The notes: generated by a model from the sequence alone, not told the origin. Counted from the first letter of the stretch, positions 1-10,202 are shown. The stretch: 64,000 nucleotides of DNA from an uncultured Candidatus Saccharibacteria bacterium (GCA_964530725.1 CAZGYV010000003.1:9744-73743); one strand, 5' to 3'. Program-made: numbers and translations.

Positions 1-175
1 GCACGACTTCCTTTTTCTTAACTGTGCCAGCAGGCGAGGCAGATTTAACCGAGGCCACTATAATATCACCGACTCGCGCGTAACGGCGGCGTGATCCACC
101 CAGCACCTTGATGCACATAATCTCTTTGGCACCGGTGTTGTCAGCAACTTTTAGTCTGGTTTGTGGCTGAATCAT
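1..175 (-). CDS. rplN: 50S ribosomal protein L14, N-terminal part (gene continues beyond window start)
   Basis: Minus-strand translation from 175 reads [39 protein letters not shown]..., the canonical L14 N-terminus. Its ATG overlaps the rpsQ stop by 1 nt, and the spc-operon order rpsQ->rplN is conserved. Confidence 0.8.
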   Translation of the reverse strand, partial: MIQPQTRLKVADNTGAKEIMCIKVLGGSRRRYARVGDIIVASVKSASPAGTVKKKEVV

Positions 176-435
176 TACTTGTCACCTTTTACTTTTACTG
201 CTTGGCCATCAATTTTTGACACTCGAAAAGCCTTCTCGCGGCTTAATGGGCGGCATTCGGTGATCTCGACCATATTGCCAATCTCACACTGATTACCTTC
301 GTCGTGCGCCTTGTAGCGAGCTGTCGCCTTATACTGCTTGCGGTAAATCGGATGGGCTTTCACCCGCTCCACGGCCACGACAACAGTTTTGTCCATTTTG
401 TTCGATACGACTCGACCTATTAATACTCTACTCAT
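175..435 (-). CDS. rpsQ: 30S ribosomal protein S17
   Basis: The ORF track runs 175..468, but the S17 consensus (MS..RVL.G.VVS.KM.KT..V.VER) begins at the internal Met at 435. The upstream 11 codons would overlap rpmC by 41 nt. Confidence 0.85.
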   Translation of the reverse strand: MSRVLIGRVVSNKMDKTVVVAVERVKAHPIYRKQYKATARYKAHDEGNQCEIGNMVEITECRPLSREKAFRVSKIDGQAVKVKGDK

Positions 436-640
436 CGGTTTTCTCCGTTTTTGCTCGTTCGCTTTCACTGCGAATCGTCAATACGCGAGCAATATCTTTT
501 TTAATTGCTTTGATTTGTTTAACATCCTTGACTTCTTTAGTACGCATATCGATATGCGCATCAACCAGCTTCTCACGCAAGTCAGTCAACTGTTTTGCCA
601 ATTCTTTATCCGTCTTACTTCGTAGTTCTTTAGCCTTCAT
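428..640 (-). CDS. rpmC: 50S ribosomal protein L29
   Basis: A 70-aa basic protein ([25 protein letters not shown]...) in the expected position between rplP and rpsQ. Confidence 0.85.
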   Translation of the reverse strand: MKAKELRSKTDKELAKQLTDLREKLVDAHIDMRTKEVKDVKQIKAIKKDIARVLTIRSESERAKTEKTDE

Positions 641-1061
641 GAGTCTCTCCCGCGACAGTGCGCACTAAAAACTTGGTCTTAACCGGCAGCTTCATGGCCG
701 CTAGCCGCATCGCTTCTTTGGCCACGTCTTCGGCTACGCCGTCAAGCTCAAATAGAATCTTACCAGCCTGCACCTTGGCAACATAACGATCGATCGCGCC
801 TTTACCACTACCCATCGGCACTTCGGCTGGCTTCGAGGTGACTGGCGTGTGAGGAAAAATACGAATCCAGATTTTACCCCCACGTTTGATATAGCGGGTC
901 ATGGCTCGTCTGGCCGCCTCGATTTGGCGCGACGAGATACGCTCGTTTTCCAAAGCCTTGAGCGCGTAACGGCCGAAGTTTATTTCCGTGCCACGGGTCG
1001 CCTGGCCGTCATTGCGACCTTTTTGCAGTTTGCGATACTTAGTTTTTCTTGGCATCAACAT
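630..1061 (-). CDS. rplP: 50S ribosomal protein L16
   Basis: [11 protein letters not shown]...[15 protein letters not shown]...GKG motif set typical of L16; order rpsC-rplP-rpmC. Confidence 0.9.
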   Translation of the reverse strand: MLMPRKTKYRKLQKGRNDGQATRGTEINFGRYALKALENERISSRQIEAARRAMTRYIKRGGKIWIRIFPHTPVTSKPAEVPMGSGKGAIDRYVAKVQAGKILFELDGVAEDVAKEAMRLAAMKLPVKTKFLVRTVAGETHEG

Positions 1062-1066
1062 GATAA

Positions 1067-1684
1067 TTATCCCTTATAAACCCATACTTTTACGCCAATC
1101 ACGCCATAAGTGGTGTGAGCTTGAGCAGTCGCGTAATCGATATCCGCCCTAATAGTGTGCAACGGAATGCTGCCCTGAAAAGTGGTTTCTCGACGAGCCA
1201 TCTCAGCCCCGTTGAGGCGCCCAGACACGCTCGCCTTAGCACCAGACACACCGGACTTCATGGCATTTTCAACAGCCATCTTGATGACTCGGCGAAATGC
1301 CATTCGACGCTCAAGCTGAGAGGCGATATTATCAGCAATAAGCTGAGCGTTTGTTTCTGGATTGCGCACTTCTTCGATGTTGATCCTGATAGTTTGATCG
1401 GTTAGCTTGGCAATGGCCTTCTTGAGAGCCTCTGTGCCTGATCCGCCGCGACCAATCACGACACCTGGCTTGGACGAGTGAATGTTAATCGTAAGCTGAC
1501 CGGTCGAACGCTCAATATCAACCTTAGCCACACCCGAGCGCGAACTTAGTTTTTGAGCAATCGCCTTGCGAATACGGATATCTTCAGTCAGTGTCTTGGA
1601 AAAATCCTTGGACGCGAACCACTTACTTTGCCAGTTTTTATTAACCTGCAAGCGCATGCTAATCGGATTTACTTTTTGTCCCAT
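1067..1684 (-). CDS. rpsC: 30S ribosomal protein S3
   Basis: [18 protein letters not shown]... with KH and S3-C domains, 205 aa. Confidence 0.9.
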   Translation of the reverse strand: MGQKVNPISMRLQVNKNWQSKWFASKDFSKTLTEDIRIRKAIAQKLSSRSGVAKVDIERSTGQLTINIHSSKPGVVIGRGGSGTEALKKAIAKLTDQTIRINIEEVRNPETNAQLIADNIASQLERRMAFRRVIKMAVENAMKSGVSGAKASVSGRLNGAEMARRETTFQGSIPLHTIRADIDYATAQAHTTYGVIGVKVWVYKG

Positions 1685-2073
1685 TATTTGGTCTCCTTGG
1701 CGGTTTTACTTGCTAATGCTGGGCTTGATTTTACTTGAACTTGTGCTTCATCCAGAATGATTGTTAAGTGAGCCATCTTGTGTTCGATCCGACCAGCTAT
1801 GCCACGGGCTCGAGGACGAAAACGTTTCAATTTTGGACCCTCATCAACTCTAATTTCGTAAATTTTTAGTTTTTTGCGGCTCAGATTGAGATTGTTCTCG
1901 GCGTTAGCAACCGCACTTTTCAATGTGTCATTAACTAAACCAGCAGCTTTTTTGTTGGTGTTGATAAGTAAATTATGAGCACTGACAACGTCCATGTCGC
2001 GCACTAAATCAGCAGCTAAGCGCAGCTTTTGAGCGGATATTTTTAAGTATTTGGCTTTCGCTTGAACTTTCAT
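1684..2073 (-). CDS. rplV: 50S ribosomal protein L22
   Basis: 129 aa, MKVQAKAKYLKISAQKLRLAADLVR...; position between rpsS and rpsC. Confidence 0.9.
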   Translation of the reverse strand: MKVQAKAKYLKISAQKLRLAADLVRDMDVVSAHNLLINTNKKAAGLVNDTLKSAVANAENNLNLSRKKLKIYEIRVDEGPKLKRFRPRARGIAGRIEHKMAHLTIILDEAQVQVKSSPALASKTAKETK

Positions 2074-2080
2074 GATTTTC

Positions 2081-2356
2081 CTATTTCTGTGCCTTAGCTA
2101 ATTTACCACCGTGGCCTCTAAACTTACGAGTTGGCGCGAATTCGCCAAGCTTGTGACCAACCATGTTCTCGGTAATAAAAACCGGCAGGTGCGTTTTGCC
2201 ATTATGGATAGCAATGGTTTTTCCAACCATCTCGGGGGCAATACTACTAGCTCGCGCCCATGTTTTAATGACAGTTTTGTCATCTGGACCCAAAGCAATT
2301 ATTTTTTTCATCAATTTAACGTCCACATAAGGACCTTTTTTCAGCGATCGACTCAT
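2081..2356 (-). CDS. rpsS: 30S ribosomal protein S19
   Basis: [19 protein letters not shown]...[17 protein letters not shown], canonical S19. Confidence 0.9.
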   Translation of the reverse strand: MSRSLKKGPYVDVKLMKKIIALGPDDKTVIKTWARASSIAPEMVGKTIAIHNGKTHLPVFITENMVGHKLGEFAPTRKFRGHGGKLAKAQK

Positions 2357-3189
2357 TATCTATTACCCTTTCTGCGACGACGAATGATCATTTTGTTGGC
2401 TAATTTGCGTCGGCGAGTTTTCTTACCTAGGGCCGGCTTACCCCAAGGTGTTTTTTGGTGCTTCATACCAATATCAGTACCACCTTCACCACCACCATGC
2501 GGGTGGTCAACTGGGTTCATGGCCTTACCGCGAACAGTCGGGCGAATTCCCATGTGGCGTTTGCGGCCGGCGCTACCAATACGAATGTTTTGGTGGTCAA
2601 TATTGCCAATCTGGCCAATTGTAGCCATGCAAGTAAGGTGTATTAAGCGCACCTCACCGGAAGGCAACTTAACTTGAGCGTAATCATTTTCTTTGGCCAT
2701 CAGCTGGGCCTTAGCGCCAGCACCACGCACCAGCTGGCCGCCGCGCCCTGGAGTTAATTCGATGTTGCAGATCGTCGAGCCAACTGGAATCGCTGAGATT
2801 GGCATGCGATTGCCAGCTTTAATCTCAACTTCACCACCCGAGGCGATAGTCTGACCAACTTTCATGCCAACCAGAGCTGGGATATAAGCTTTGACGCCGT
2901 CTTCGAATTGGATTAGAGCGATTCGTGAAGTCCGACCTGGATCGTACTCAATAGCTACAATTTTTGCCGAGCTAATCTCACGGGTTTGAAAATCGACTAT
3001 GCGGATGGCCCGCTTGGCCCCGCCGCCACGATGACGAATGGTAATTTTGCCCTGGGCATTGCGGCCAGACTTTTGCTTACGCGAAGTAATTAATGATTTT
3101 TCAGGCTTTTTCTTGGTAATCTCATCAAAAGACGCCACACTCATGTTGCGACGAGCCGCTGTATTTTGCTTGTAAACTCTAAGGGCCAT
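2356..3189 (-). CDS. rplB: 50S ribosomal protein L2
   Basis: The ORF track extends to 3213, but the L2-like start MALRVYK at 3189 leaves a 1-nt gap to the rplW stop. Conserved GRNxxGxITxRHRGGG and HPHGGGEG motifs are present. Confidence 0.9.
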   Translation of the reverse strand: MALRVYKQNTAARRNMSVASFDEITKKKPEKSLITSRKQKSGRNAQGKITIRHRGGGAKRAIRIVDFQTREISSAKIVAIEYDPGRTSRIALIQFEDGVKAYIPALVGMKVGQTIASGGEVEIKAGNRMPISAIPVGSTICNIELTPGRGGQLVRGAGAKAQLMAKENDYAQVKLPSGEVRLIHLTCMATIGQIGNIDHQNIRIGSAGRKRHMGIRPTVRGKAMNPVDHPHGGGEGGTDIGMKHQKTPWGKPALGKKTRRRKLANKMIIRRRRKGNR

Positions 3190-3190
3190 C

Positions 3191-3478
3191 TTATTTCTCC
3201 GCCTCAGTTTCAAAAATTTTAATTGATTGCCCCTGCTTGACGGTTACAAAAGCTTTCTTAATCGAGCTGCGCTGGCCTTTAATACCCTTCAACTGCTTAA
3301 CCTTGCCTTTGGTAATTGCAATGCGAACCTTAGTAGGATCAACCTTAAAGGTGGCCTTGACGGCTCGCGCGACTTCAATTTTATTAGTAGCGAAAGGAAC
3401 TTCAAACATATAGACATTGCGCGCCGCCAAGCTCATGCTTTTCTCGGAAATAACAGGCTTCAAGACTAGGCCTTTCAT
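3191..3478 (-). CDS. rplW: 50S ribosomal protein L23
   Basis: 95 aa, position between rplD and rplB, L23-like sequence. Confidence 0.85.
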   Translation of the reverse strand: MKGLVLKPVISEKSMSLAARNVYMFEVPFATNKIEVARAVKATFKVDPTKVRIAITKGKVKQLKGIKGQRSSIKKAFVTVKQGQSIKIFETEAEK

Positions 3479-4128
3479 TTGCTCGCCTCTTTCTTGCTAC
3501 CAGTTGCTTCGAGCCAACTTGTGACTTGCTCGAGGGCAGCTTTTTCGAAAATTATAGCGTCAGCATTCATGACTAGATAAACGTTTAAGCCCTGCCTACT
3601 TACAATTGTCACGCCGCTGATATTAGCGATTGACTTGGCAGTTTTCTCATCACTTTTATCGATCACCAGTAAAACATTGCCTTCGGCGCCCAATTTAGAG
3701 AGCAAATTGACGGCGTTACTAGTAGAAAACTCGGAAAAACTCAGGCTCTCGATCACTGAAATTTGCTTTAATTTAATACTCAAAGCTTGAGCCAAAGCCG
3801 CGCGAGACATCTTACGCGGCATCTGCTTAGTATAATTCTCTTCGCCAGTTGGCCCAAAAGTTATACCACCACCCCGCCAAATAGGATTGCGTATCGAACC
3901 ACTGCGAGCTCGACCGGTGCCCTTTTGACGCCATGGTTTCTTACCACCACCAGCAACCAAGCCGCGGGTTAAGGTTTTGGCATTGTTAGTGCGTTTATTA
4001 GCTAAATAACGGTTGTAGGCAAGCGCTACCAATTCCGGGTTGGGCTTCAGGCCAAAAACCGCCTTATTAAGTGTCATATCGGCAGATTTATTGCCGCTCT
4101 TGGTGTAGCTGGCTACTTTCATGCCCAT
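3475..4128 (-). CDS. rplD: 50S ribosomal protein L4
   Basis: 217 aa with the L4 glycine-rich loop (GGGKKPWRQKGTGRAR); 4-nt overlaps with neighbours. Confidence 0.9.
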   Translation of the reverse strand: MGMKVASYTKSGNKSADMTLNKAVFGLKPNPELVALAYNRYLANKRTNNAKTLTRGLVAGGGKKPWRQKGTGRARSGSIRNPIWRGGGITFGPTGEENYTKQMPRKMSRAALAQALSIKLKQISVIESLSFSEFSTSNAVNLLSKLGAEGNVLLVIDKSDEKTAKSIANISGVTIVSRQGLNVYLVMNADAIIFEKAALEQVTSWLEATGSKKEASK

Positions 4129-4733
4129 TGCCCCTTAATCATTACCAAACCTTTTTTTGGGCCAGGAATAGCACCGCGAACGGCAATCAAATTATTAGCA
4201 ACGTCAATCGAGACAACTCGAAGATTTTTGACCGTCACGCGCTGACTACCCATTTGACCAGCCATTTTTTGACCTTTGAAAACATGCTGCGGATAACCCG
4301 CACCGATCGATCCGGGAGCTCGGTAATTGCGGCTACCGTGAGTCTTGGGGCCCCTGTGAAAATTATGCCGCTTGATTGTGCCGGCAAAGCCCTTACCCTT
4401 GGAAATACCAGTCACCTCAACCTTGTCTCCAGCCTCGAATACCGCCGCATCGAGCGAGTCACCGACGCTCATGCCTTCTGGCTGAGCATCAATACGCACT
4501 TCTGCCAAGTGGCGGCTCTTAGCCTTAGCCTTCTTAAGATGGCCTGCCTGTGGCTTAGCAATTTTCTCAGATTCGTCAAAACCAATCTGAACAGCTGAAT
4601 AGCCGTCCTGATCGACGGTCTTGAGCTGCGTTACCACGCATGGCCCTGCCGCTAGTACTGTGACTTGCTGCATGGTGCCGTCCTCTTCGAAAATTTGTGT
4701 CATGCCAACTTTTTTGGCCAATAGGGCTTTCAT
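4119..4733 (-). CDS. rplC: 50S ribosomal protein L3
   Basis: MKALLAKKVGMTQIFEEDG...; L3 signature and order rplC-rplD. Confidence 0.9.
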   Translation of the reverse strand: MKALLAKKVGMTQIFEEDGTMQQVTVLAAGPCVVTQLKTVDQDGYSAVQIGFDESEKIAKPQAGHLKKAKAKSRHLAEVRIDAQPEGMSVGDSLDAAVFEAGDKVEVTGISKGKGFAGTIKRHNFHRGPKTHGSRNYRAPGSIGAGYPQHVFKGQKMAGQMGSQRVTVKNLRVVSIDVANNLIAVRGAIPGPKKGLVMIKGQWA

Positions 4734-4868
4734 TAAAGAAATCTCTTTTACGGAAGTAAAACAAAACCTGGCAAACGAATGGTTTCCTAAATAAATCTTA
4801 AGACCTGGTCGCTTCCCAGCTTTAAAAATATTCTTGTTGAAGTTACAACAGGTGTTAGTGTAACAGAT

Positions 4869-5270
4869 TTATCTGGTCGCTGTCAACGGTTTTCTTGAAG
4901 AACTGGCACTTGAGCCACGTGACTTGGCTCGTTTCTTGTTATTTCGTCGCAACGATCGGATTTCTAACTCCAAGCCTCGTGACACCATTGACAAGCCAAT
5001 GATATTAATACATCCAGCCGACATATAAACTATGATCCAGTAGGGGCTTTGGACGAAAATTCGCCCCTCAGCTAGCGCAGGCATTATTACGAAGAAAAAT
5101 GAGATTAAATTCAATATAGTACCGTTGACATATATTTTTGGACGTTTTATTTTGCGGCCATGCGCCAAGCGTCGAACCTGCATCATGCGCCAAAAAACAA
5201 CCGTGTTAAGAAACCAAATAATTGGCAGTGGTGTCAAGCTAAACCAAAAAGCTATCGTCGGCGTAAACAT
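4869..5270 (-). CDS. hypothetical small membrane protein (2-3 TM helices, basic Ser/Arg-rich C-terminal tail)
   Basis: 133-aa ORF with hydrophobic segments and an ATG start at 5270, sitting between rplC and the helicase. No recognisable family. Confidence 0.4.
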   Translation of the reverse strand: MFTPTIAFWFSLTPLPIIWFLNTVVFWRMMQVRRLAHGRKIKRPKIYVNGTILNLISFFFVIMPALAEGRIFVQSPYWIIVYMSAGCINIIGLSMVSRGLELEIRSLRRNNKKRAKSRGSSASSSRKPLTATR

Positions 5271-5584
5271 CTACAACCCCACCGTCACACCAAAACCATA
5301 GAGACCAAAAAGTGCACCCGTAGCCAGTAGAGCATATTCTATAAAAACTAAATCAGATTCAGTAAAAGCAGTTCTAGTGTTTGTTTTGGGTCGCATTTAC
5401 TATCATGATAACATAACCGTTAATATATTAGCTATGCTACCTTGCTTAATTGGACAAATAGTACTTTTTATGTTAGTATTATTATAATTGTTTTGATGAA
5501 TGTAAGTTCTTTATATAAAAAGGTAATTCTTAAGCTGGTTCATTTGGACGATTTAATAAGAATTATTTAAAGAAAAGAGATACA

Positions 5585-6784
5585 TTGTCAACTTACTCCT
5601 ATGGGCCACGTCAAAGTAGGCCTAATCGTTCGCGCAAGCGAATGTTTGCTAGTCAAAATCGTAATCGAAAAACCAACAAGGGCGTCTATATAAACCCCGA
5701 GCGATTTATCAAAAAAGCCGATCCAGCGGTACCCGTCGAAGATTACCAGCCACAGCATAGCTTCGAAGATTTCGCGCTTCTGCCAGCCATTCAGGCCAAC
5801 GTGCGTCGGCGCGACTACAAAACTCCGACCGCCATCCAAGATCAAGCCATCAAGCCAATACTAGAGGGCAATGACTTGATCGGTATTGCCAACACCGGCA
5901 CCGGTAAAACGGCGGCTTTTATATTGCCGCTGCTCGATAAAATTTTGCGTAACCCCAGTGAACAAGCTATAATCCTAGCTCCCACTCGAGAGCTAGCCCT
6001 ACAGATCGATGCCGAGCTTAAGCTTTTTGCTGGTGGTCTGCGTATCTACAGCACGCTCTGCATTGGCGGCACGAACATCGATCGCCAGATCTCCAGCTTG
6101 CGCCGTAATCCACATTTTATAATCGGCACCCCTGGACGGATCAAGGATCTGCTCAAACGCAACTCTATCAAGCTGGCTAATTTTCATAATGTCGTACTTG
6201 ACGAGGTGGATCGCATGGTCGATATCGGCTTTATTCGCGATATCGAGCTTATCTTGAAGCAAATGCCCACCGAGCGTCAGTCGCTGTTCTTCTCGGCCAC
6301 CACCACGCCCAAGATCAATGCTCTAATGAGTACTTTTCTGAAAAATCCAGTCACTGTGTCGGTACGGACTGGCGAGACCACTAATAATGTAGATCAAGAT
6401 ATCGTCCGAGCCGCTCCTGGTTTGCAAAAAATCGAGGTTTTGCACGAGATAATCAACGGCCATGAGGTCGAAAAAGTGATTATATTCGTTGACACCAAGC
6501 GCAACGTCGAAAAACTGTCGCGCGATCTTAACGCCCGCGGACTGGCTTCGATCACGATTCACAGTAATAAATCGCAATCTCAGCGCCAGCGGGCACTCAA
6601 GCAATTCAAGGCTGGTGAATCTGATATTCTGGTAGCCACTGATGTGGCGGCGCGCGGGCTAGACATCGATGGCGTTACTCACGTCATCAATTACGAGCTG
6701 CCCCAGTCGTACGACGACTACGTCCACCGTATCGGCCGTACCGGGCGAGCCGGTAAAGTCGGCAAAGCCCTGACTTTCGTCTAA
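5585..6784 (+). CDS. DEAD-box ATP-dependent RNA helicase (DEVD variant) with Arg-rich N-terminal extension
   Basis: Q-motif region, GTGKT (motif I), PTRELA (Ia), VLDEVDRM (II), SAT (III) and HRIGRTGRAG (VI) are present. TTG start follows an AAAGAGA RBS-like sequence; an in-frame ATG at 5642 is the alternative start. Confidence 0.85.
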   Translation: MSTYSYGPRQSRPNRSRKRMFASQNRNRKTNKGVYINPERFIKKADPAVPVEDYQPQHSFEDFALLPAIQANVRRRDYKTPTAIQDQAIKPILEGNDLIGIANTGTGKTAAFILPLLDKILRNPSEQAIILAPTRELALQIDAELKLFAGGLRIYSTLCIGGTNIDRQISSLRRNPHFIIGTPGRIKDLLKRNSIKLANFHNVVLDEVDRMVDIGFIRDIELILKQMPTERQSLFFSATTTPKINALMSTFLKNPVTVSVRTGETTNNVDQDIVRAAPGLQKIEVLHEIINGHEVEKVIIFVDTKRNVEKLSRDLNARGLASITIHSNKSQSQRQRALKQFKAGESDILVATDVAARGLDIDGVTHVINYELPQSYDDYVHRIGRTGRAGKVGKALTFV

Positions 6785-6825
6785 TAACACCGCAGCGTTG
6801 AGCTTGGACAGATAATCGCCAACCA

Positions 6826-6854
6826 AAAACTCCCCTTTTACCGAGGGGAGTTTT
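6826..6854. terminator. bidirectional intrinsic terminator hairpin (AAAACTCCCC/GGGGAGTTTT)
   Basis: Perfect 10-bp GC-rich stem with a 9-nt loop, U-tracts on both strands, directly after the helicase stop codon. Confidence 0.5.
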
Positions 6855-6990
6855 GCACTCAAGGATATAAAGCCTGATAGTCATCTAAATAATCGGCCGG
6901 CTGCACCAACCGCCAAGAAATCCATCTTGATTGGTTTTATTTTGCAATTTATTAGGAGCCAATATCAAGCGTAGAGAGCACAAGGCAAAA

Positions 6991-7037
6991 CCAAAAATCC
7001 CCCTAAGGCGTACGTCGTGGTACGGCGGGGGATTTTT
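6991..7037 (-). terminator. intrinsic terminator downstream of rpsJ
   Basis: AAAAATCCCCC...GGGGGATTTTT stem (11 bp) followed on the minus strand by a TTTTTGGTTTT run, 48 nt after the rpsJ stop. Confidence 0.5.
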
Positions 7038-7084
7038 AGTTTTAACGAAGTGATATCCGCTTCAGATTGGCTCGCTTACGCGCA

Positions 7085-7405
7085 TTACATCTTAATTTCA
7101 ATATCCACGCCAGCAGGTAAGCTTAAGTTCATAAGCGAGTCGACCGTTTTAGGAGTTGGCTCAGTGATATCAATCAAGCGCTTGTGCGTCCGAATCTCGA
7201 ACTGCTCACGAGCATCTTTATATACATGCGGGCTTTTAATGACCGTGTATTTGTTTTTGGATGTCGGCAATGGAATTGGGCCGGCCACCTGAGCGCCAGT
7301 ACGCACAGCAGTATCTATAATCTGCTTAGCCGACTGATCGATAATTTTGTTATCGTAAGCCTTGAGTTTAATTCGGATTCTTTGTTTGGCAGGTGCTTCT
7401 GGCAT
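7085..7405 (-). CDS. rpsJ: 30S ribosomal protein S10
   Basis: 106 aa, [18 protein letters not shown]...[11 protein letters not shown]. It is separated from rplC by about 2.3 kb of inserted genes. Confidence 0.9.
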   Translation of the reverse strand: MPEAPAKQRIRIKLKAYDNKIIDQSAKQIIDTAVRTGAQVAGPIPLPTSKNKYTVIKSPHVYKDAREQFEIRTHKRLIDITEPTPKTVDSLMNLSLPAGVDIEIKM

Positions 7406-7428
7406 GGTAAGGTGCTTTTCTCTTAACT

Positions 7429-8607
7429 TTATTTGGTAATCTTAGTTACGACCCCGGAACCTACGGTTCGACCACCTTCACGAATCGCGAAACGCAAACC
7501 ATCATCCATGGCAATTGGGGCGATTAACTTAACTTTCATAGCGATGTTATCACCAGGCATAACCATCTCAGTACCTTCCGGCAATGTTACTTCACCGGTT
7601 ACGTCAGTCGTACGGATGTAAAACTGTGGTTTGTAACCCTTGAAGAATGGAGTGTGACGACCGCCTTCTTCTTTCTTCAGAACGTAAACTTCAGCGTCAA
7701 ACTCAGTGTGAGGAGTGATTGAGCCTGGTTTGGCCAAAACTTGACCGCGCTCGATGTCAGTGCGCTCAACACCGCGCAACAATACGCCGACGTTATCACC
7801 AGCCTGGCCTTGATCGAGTAATTTCTTGAACATCTCAACGCCAGTTACAACGGTTTTCTTGGTGTCGTGAAGACCGACGATTTCAATTTCTTCGTTCACC
7901 TTGACAATACCACGCTCAATTCGGCCAGTAGCAACCGTGCCGCGGCCTTTGATCGAGAAAACATCCTCGACTGGCATCAAGAAATCTTTGTCGATCTCAC
8001 GGACTGGGTCTTCGATGTAGCTGTCCATGGCATCAAGCAATTCTTGAACGCTTTTCTCGTACTCGCCATCGCCTTCGAGGGCCTTAAGAGCCGATCCTTT
8101 GATAATAGGAGTTTTATCTCCTGGATAACCATACTTATCAAGCAATTCACGGATCTCGACTTCAACCAATTCGGCGAGCTCTGGGTCAGCCATGTCCATT
8201 TTGTTCATGTAGACAATAATTTGCTTCACGCCAACCTGGCTGGCAAGCAAGATGTGCTCACGAGTTTGCGGCATCGGGCCATCAGCAGCCGAAACGACCA
8301 AGATAGCGGCATCCATCTGCGCCGCACCAGTAATCATGTTCTTGACGTAGTCAGCGTGCCCTGGGCAGTCAACGTGCGCGTAGTGACGTTTTTCTGTCTC
8401 GTACTCCTGGTGAGAAGTGGCGATGGTAATTCCACGCTCTTTTTCCTCTGGAGCATTGTCAATGTCTTCGTATTTACGAGCCTCAGCCTTACCCTGTTTT
8501 GCAAGGTAGCTGGTAATAGCGGCCGTTAGAGTAGTTTTACCGTGGTCAACGTGACCAATGGTGCCAACATTGATGTGAGTTTTATCTCGCTTAAAAGCTT
8601 CTGCCAT
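7429..8607 (-). CDS. tuf: elongation factor Tu
   Basis: [22 protein letters not shown] and SALKALEGD motifs; 392 aa. Confidence 0.95.
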   Translation of the reverse strand: MAEAFKRDKTHINVGTIGHVDHGKTTLTAAITSYLAKQGKAEARKYEDIDNAPEEKERGITIATSHQEYETEKRHYAHVDCPGHADYVKNMITGAAQMDAAILVVSAADGPMPQTREHILLASQVGVKQIIVYMNKMDMADPELAELVEVEIRELLDKYGYPGDKTPIIKGSALKALEGDGEYEKSVQELLDAMDSYIEDPVREIDKDFLMPVEDVFSIKGRGTVATGRIERGIVKVNEEIEIVGLHDTKKTVVTGVEMFKKLLDQGQAGDNVGVLLRGVERTDIERGQVLAKPGSITPHTEFDAEVYVLKKEEGGRHTPFFKGYKPQFYIRTTDVTGEVTLPEGTEMVMPGDNIAMKVKLIAPIAMDDGLRFAIREGGRTVGSGVVTKITK

Positions 8608-8729
8608 GAAAATCTCCTTAAATTGTTACTGGTGTTAATTTGTTTATAAATGCTGCCGAAGAACTTTGCCGATACCTTGTGTCCAGTATTTTAGCAATAT
8701 AAAAAATGCCTTCGGATTAGACTTCTCAA

Positions 8730-8758
8730 ATTATAGAGTTAATTTGACTGATTGTAAA
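8730..8758 (-). promoter_or_regulatory. candidate sigma70-type promoter for tuf (TTTACA-17-TATAAT on the minus strand)
   Basis: Minus-strand reading gives TTTACAatcagtcaaattaactcTATAAT about 120 nt upstream of the tuf ATG; an AAGGAGA RBS lies 7 nt before the ATG. Confidence 0.3.
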
Positions 8759-8952
8759 GACTTTTCTCGGTGTAGGGCAAAAAGCCGCCTAACGGCAGAG
8801 TTTGGATTGGGCCGTTTGACAGCTGAGCCGCGGTTCAATTGTCGAGCCGACCTGGACTTTTGGCGGCCCCATAAGGTGTATCCTTGCTAAAAGTAAAATT
8901 GGCCTGAATGCGCGAACGCACCCAGGCCAATCCTGTTGTCCTTTAAGGAATT

Positions 8953-9270
8953 TCAAGCCGACGATCGACGGCGAGCAAACTGCCAAAAAAGGTAGTTGCG
9001 CTGCCGTTCATCCTCTTGCACTTCCAATCGACGGATTGCCGACCTATAGCGACTGGCCGGAGCCGACGCTATCATTAGGCAAGAAACTACCCCTAGGCAG
9101 GCGTACACGGCCAGGCCGACATACTGCACATCAGCCCAAAACCCCAACCCCAGAGCAAAGCCAAGCCCGCCTAAAGCTCCTAGCCAGTACGTCCGCCGGA
9201 TTTTACGGCGCAGGCGAATGGTCTGAGCCTTCACCTGCATTGCTTGCTCATCCCAAGCTGTACGGCTCAT
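8953..9270 (-). CDS. hypothetical small membrane protein (105 aa)
   Basis: ORF with an ATG start and two glycine-rich hydrophobic helices (LGALGGLGFALGLGFW...); first gene (lowest coordinates) of a three-gene high-GC block between fusA and tuf. Confidence 0.4.
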   Translation of the reverse strand: MSRTAWDEQAMQVKAQTIRLRRKIRRTYWLGALGGLGFALGLGFWADVQYVGLAVYACLGVVSCLMIASAPASRYRSAIRRLEVQEDERQRNYLFWQFARRRSSA

Positions 9271-9743
9271 CTTTTACTGCCCTCCATCGAGCAGATATAG
9301 TCGCGCCAATCTCGAGCACTGACTCGGGCGAAGCGATGTTCGTCCAGGTGCCACCAGTCGATCTCGACATCGTGACCCCTGCCAATCATCTCTATCATCC
9401 TGGTCTTGAGATGTGCGTCAGCCGGAGCAGTAATAGCAAGATCGTAGAGCACTACAAGAGCCGAGATAGCGATCGCCATCAGTAAGCTAGCCACAAGGGG
9501 TCCCCAGTCACTACTGAGCAGTGACACTGTGACTCCCAGCAAAATCAAGCCGGAGCTGATGAGGGCACCGTGGCGTGCTCCCTTTCGCAGTGCTTTCGGC
9601 TTGCAGACGTTATCATAGAGAAAGCCACTGAATACAATTTGGCTATCAGACCAAGTACGCTCCTTGTAAGCAATGTAACTATAGACAACTATCTGAGACG
9701 ATAGGAATAATATGGCAGGCAGAGAAAGTAATAACGAAGTCAT
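9267..9743 (-). CDS. hypothetical membrane protein (158 aa, about 4 TM)
   Basis: ORF with a 4-nt ATGA overlap with the downstream ORF and several hydrophobic helices; GC visibly higher than flanking housekeeping genes. Confidence 0.45.
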   Translation of the reverse strand: MTSLLLSLPAILFLSSQIVVYSYIAYKERTWSDSQIVFSGFLYDNVCKPKALRKGARHGALISSGLILLGVTVSLLSSDWGPLVASLLMAIAISALVVLYDLAITAPADAHLKTRMIEMIGRGHDVEIDWWHLDEHRFARVSARDWRDYICSMEGSKR

Positions 9744-9775
9744 ACGCTTTCATCCTTTGTCACTGCCTTGAGCAT

Positions 9776-10063
9776 TCACTCATCGAGATCAAAGTCTATG
9801 AAGTCTTCCGGTAGCTCGATTTCCTTCAGTTGCCCGACATGAACGAGCGCTAACATCAATGCTAGCAGCTCTACCGGCAACCAAAGTAGGATGGCTTTAA
9901 GGTTTGCATAGATCAGGATGTCGACAAAAGCCACCTTTACCCTACCGAGCGAGAGATTGCTCCAACAAAGCAGCGCAGCGATCAATCCCCAGCCAAACCA
10001 GCAGATTTTCCTACTACGCTCCATCGACGGCCAATAATGCAAAAAGTGAAGCAGTAGTTGCAT
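9776..10063 (-). CDS. hypothetical small membrane protein (95 aa) with acidic C-terminus
   Basis: ORF with hydrophobic helices and a DFIDFDLDE tail; part of the same three-gene block. Confidence 0.4.
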   Translation of the reverse strand: MQLLLHFLHYWPSMERSRKICWFGWGLIAALLCWSNLSLGRVKVAFVDILIYANLKAILLWLPVELLALMLALVHVGQLKEIELPEDFIDFDLDE

Positions 10064-10171
10064 CCCTACCTACTTTCAGCTCATATGTACAAAAGAACCA
10101 CTTGCGCATAGGCTATAAGCCCAACACAAGCCACAAGGATAAACATACAACAATATAGCCAACCTGTAAAT

Positions 10172-10202
10172 AAAAGCCTCCCCTTAGGACAAGGAGGCTT
10201 TT
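10172..10202 (-). terminator. intrinsic terminator downstream of fusA (also hairpin-competent on the plus strand)
   Basis: AAAAGCCTCC-loop-GGAGGCTTTT perfect stem; the minus strand gives GGAGGCTTTTATTT 23 nt after the fusA stop. Confidence 0.5.

Noticed and set aside
7867-8529. 220-aa plus-strand ORF inside tuf (and similar antisense ORFs inside fusA, rpoC, rpoB, dnaE, ligA, e.g. 17677-18159, 54101-54694, 46005-46433)
   Set aside because: These lie entirely antisense to strongly supported housekeeping CDSs and have no domain signal. They are typical long antisense frames.
8760-8870. Possible tRNA upstream of tuf (GGTTCAATT-like T-loop)
   Set aside because: A cloverleaf cannot be built: the T-stem arms are not complementary, and there is no acceptor or D-arm pairing.
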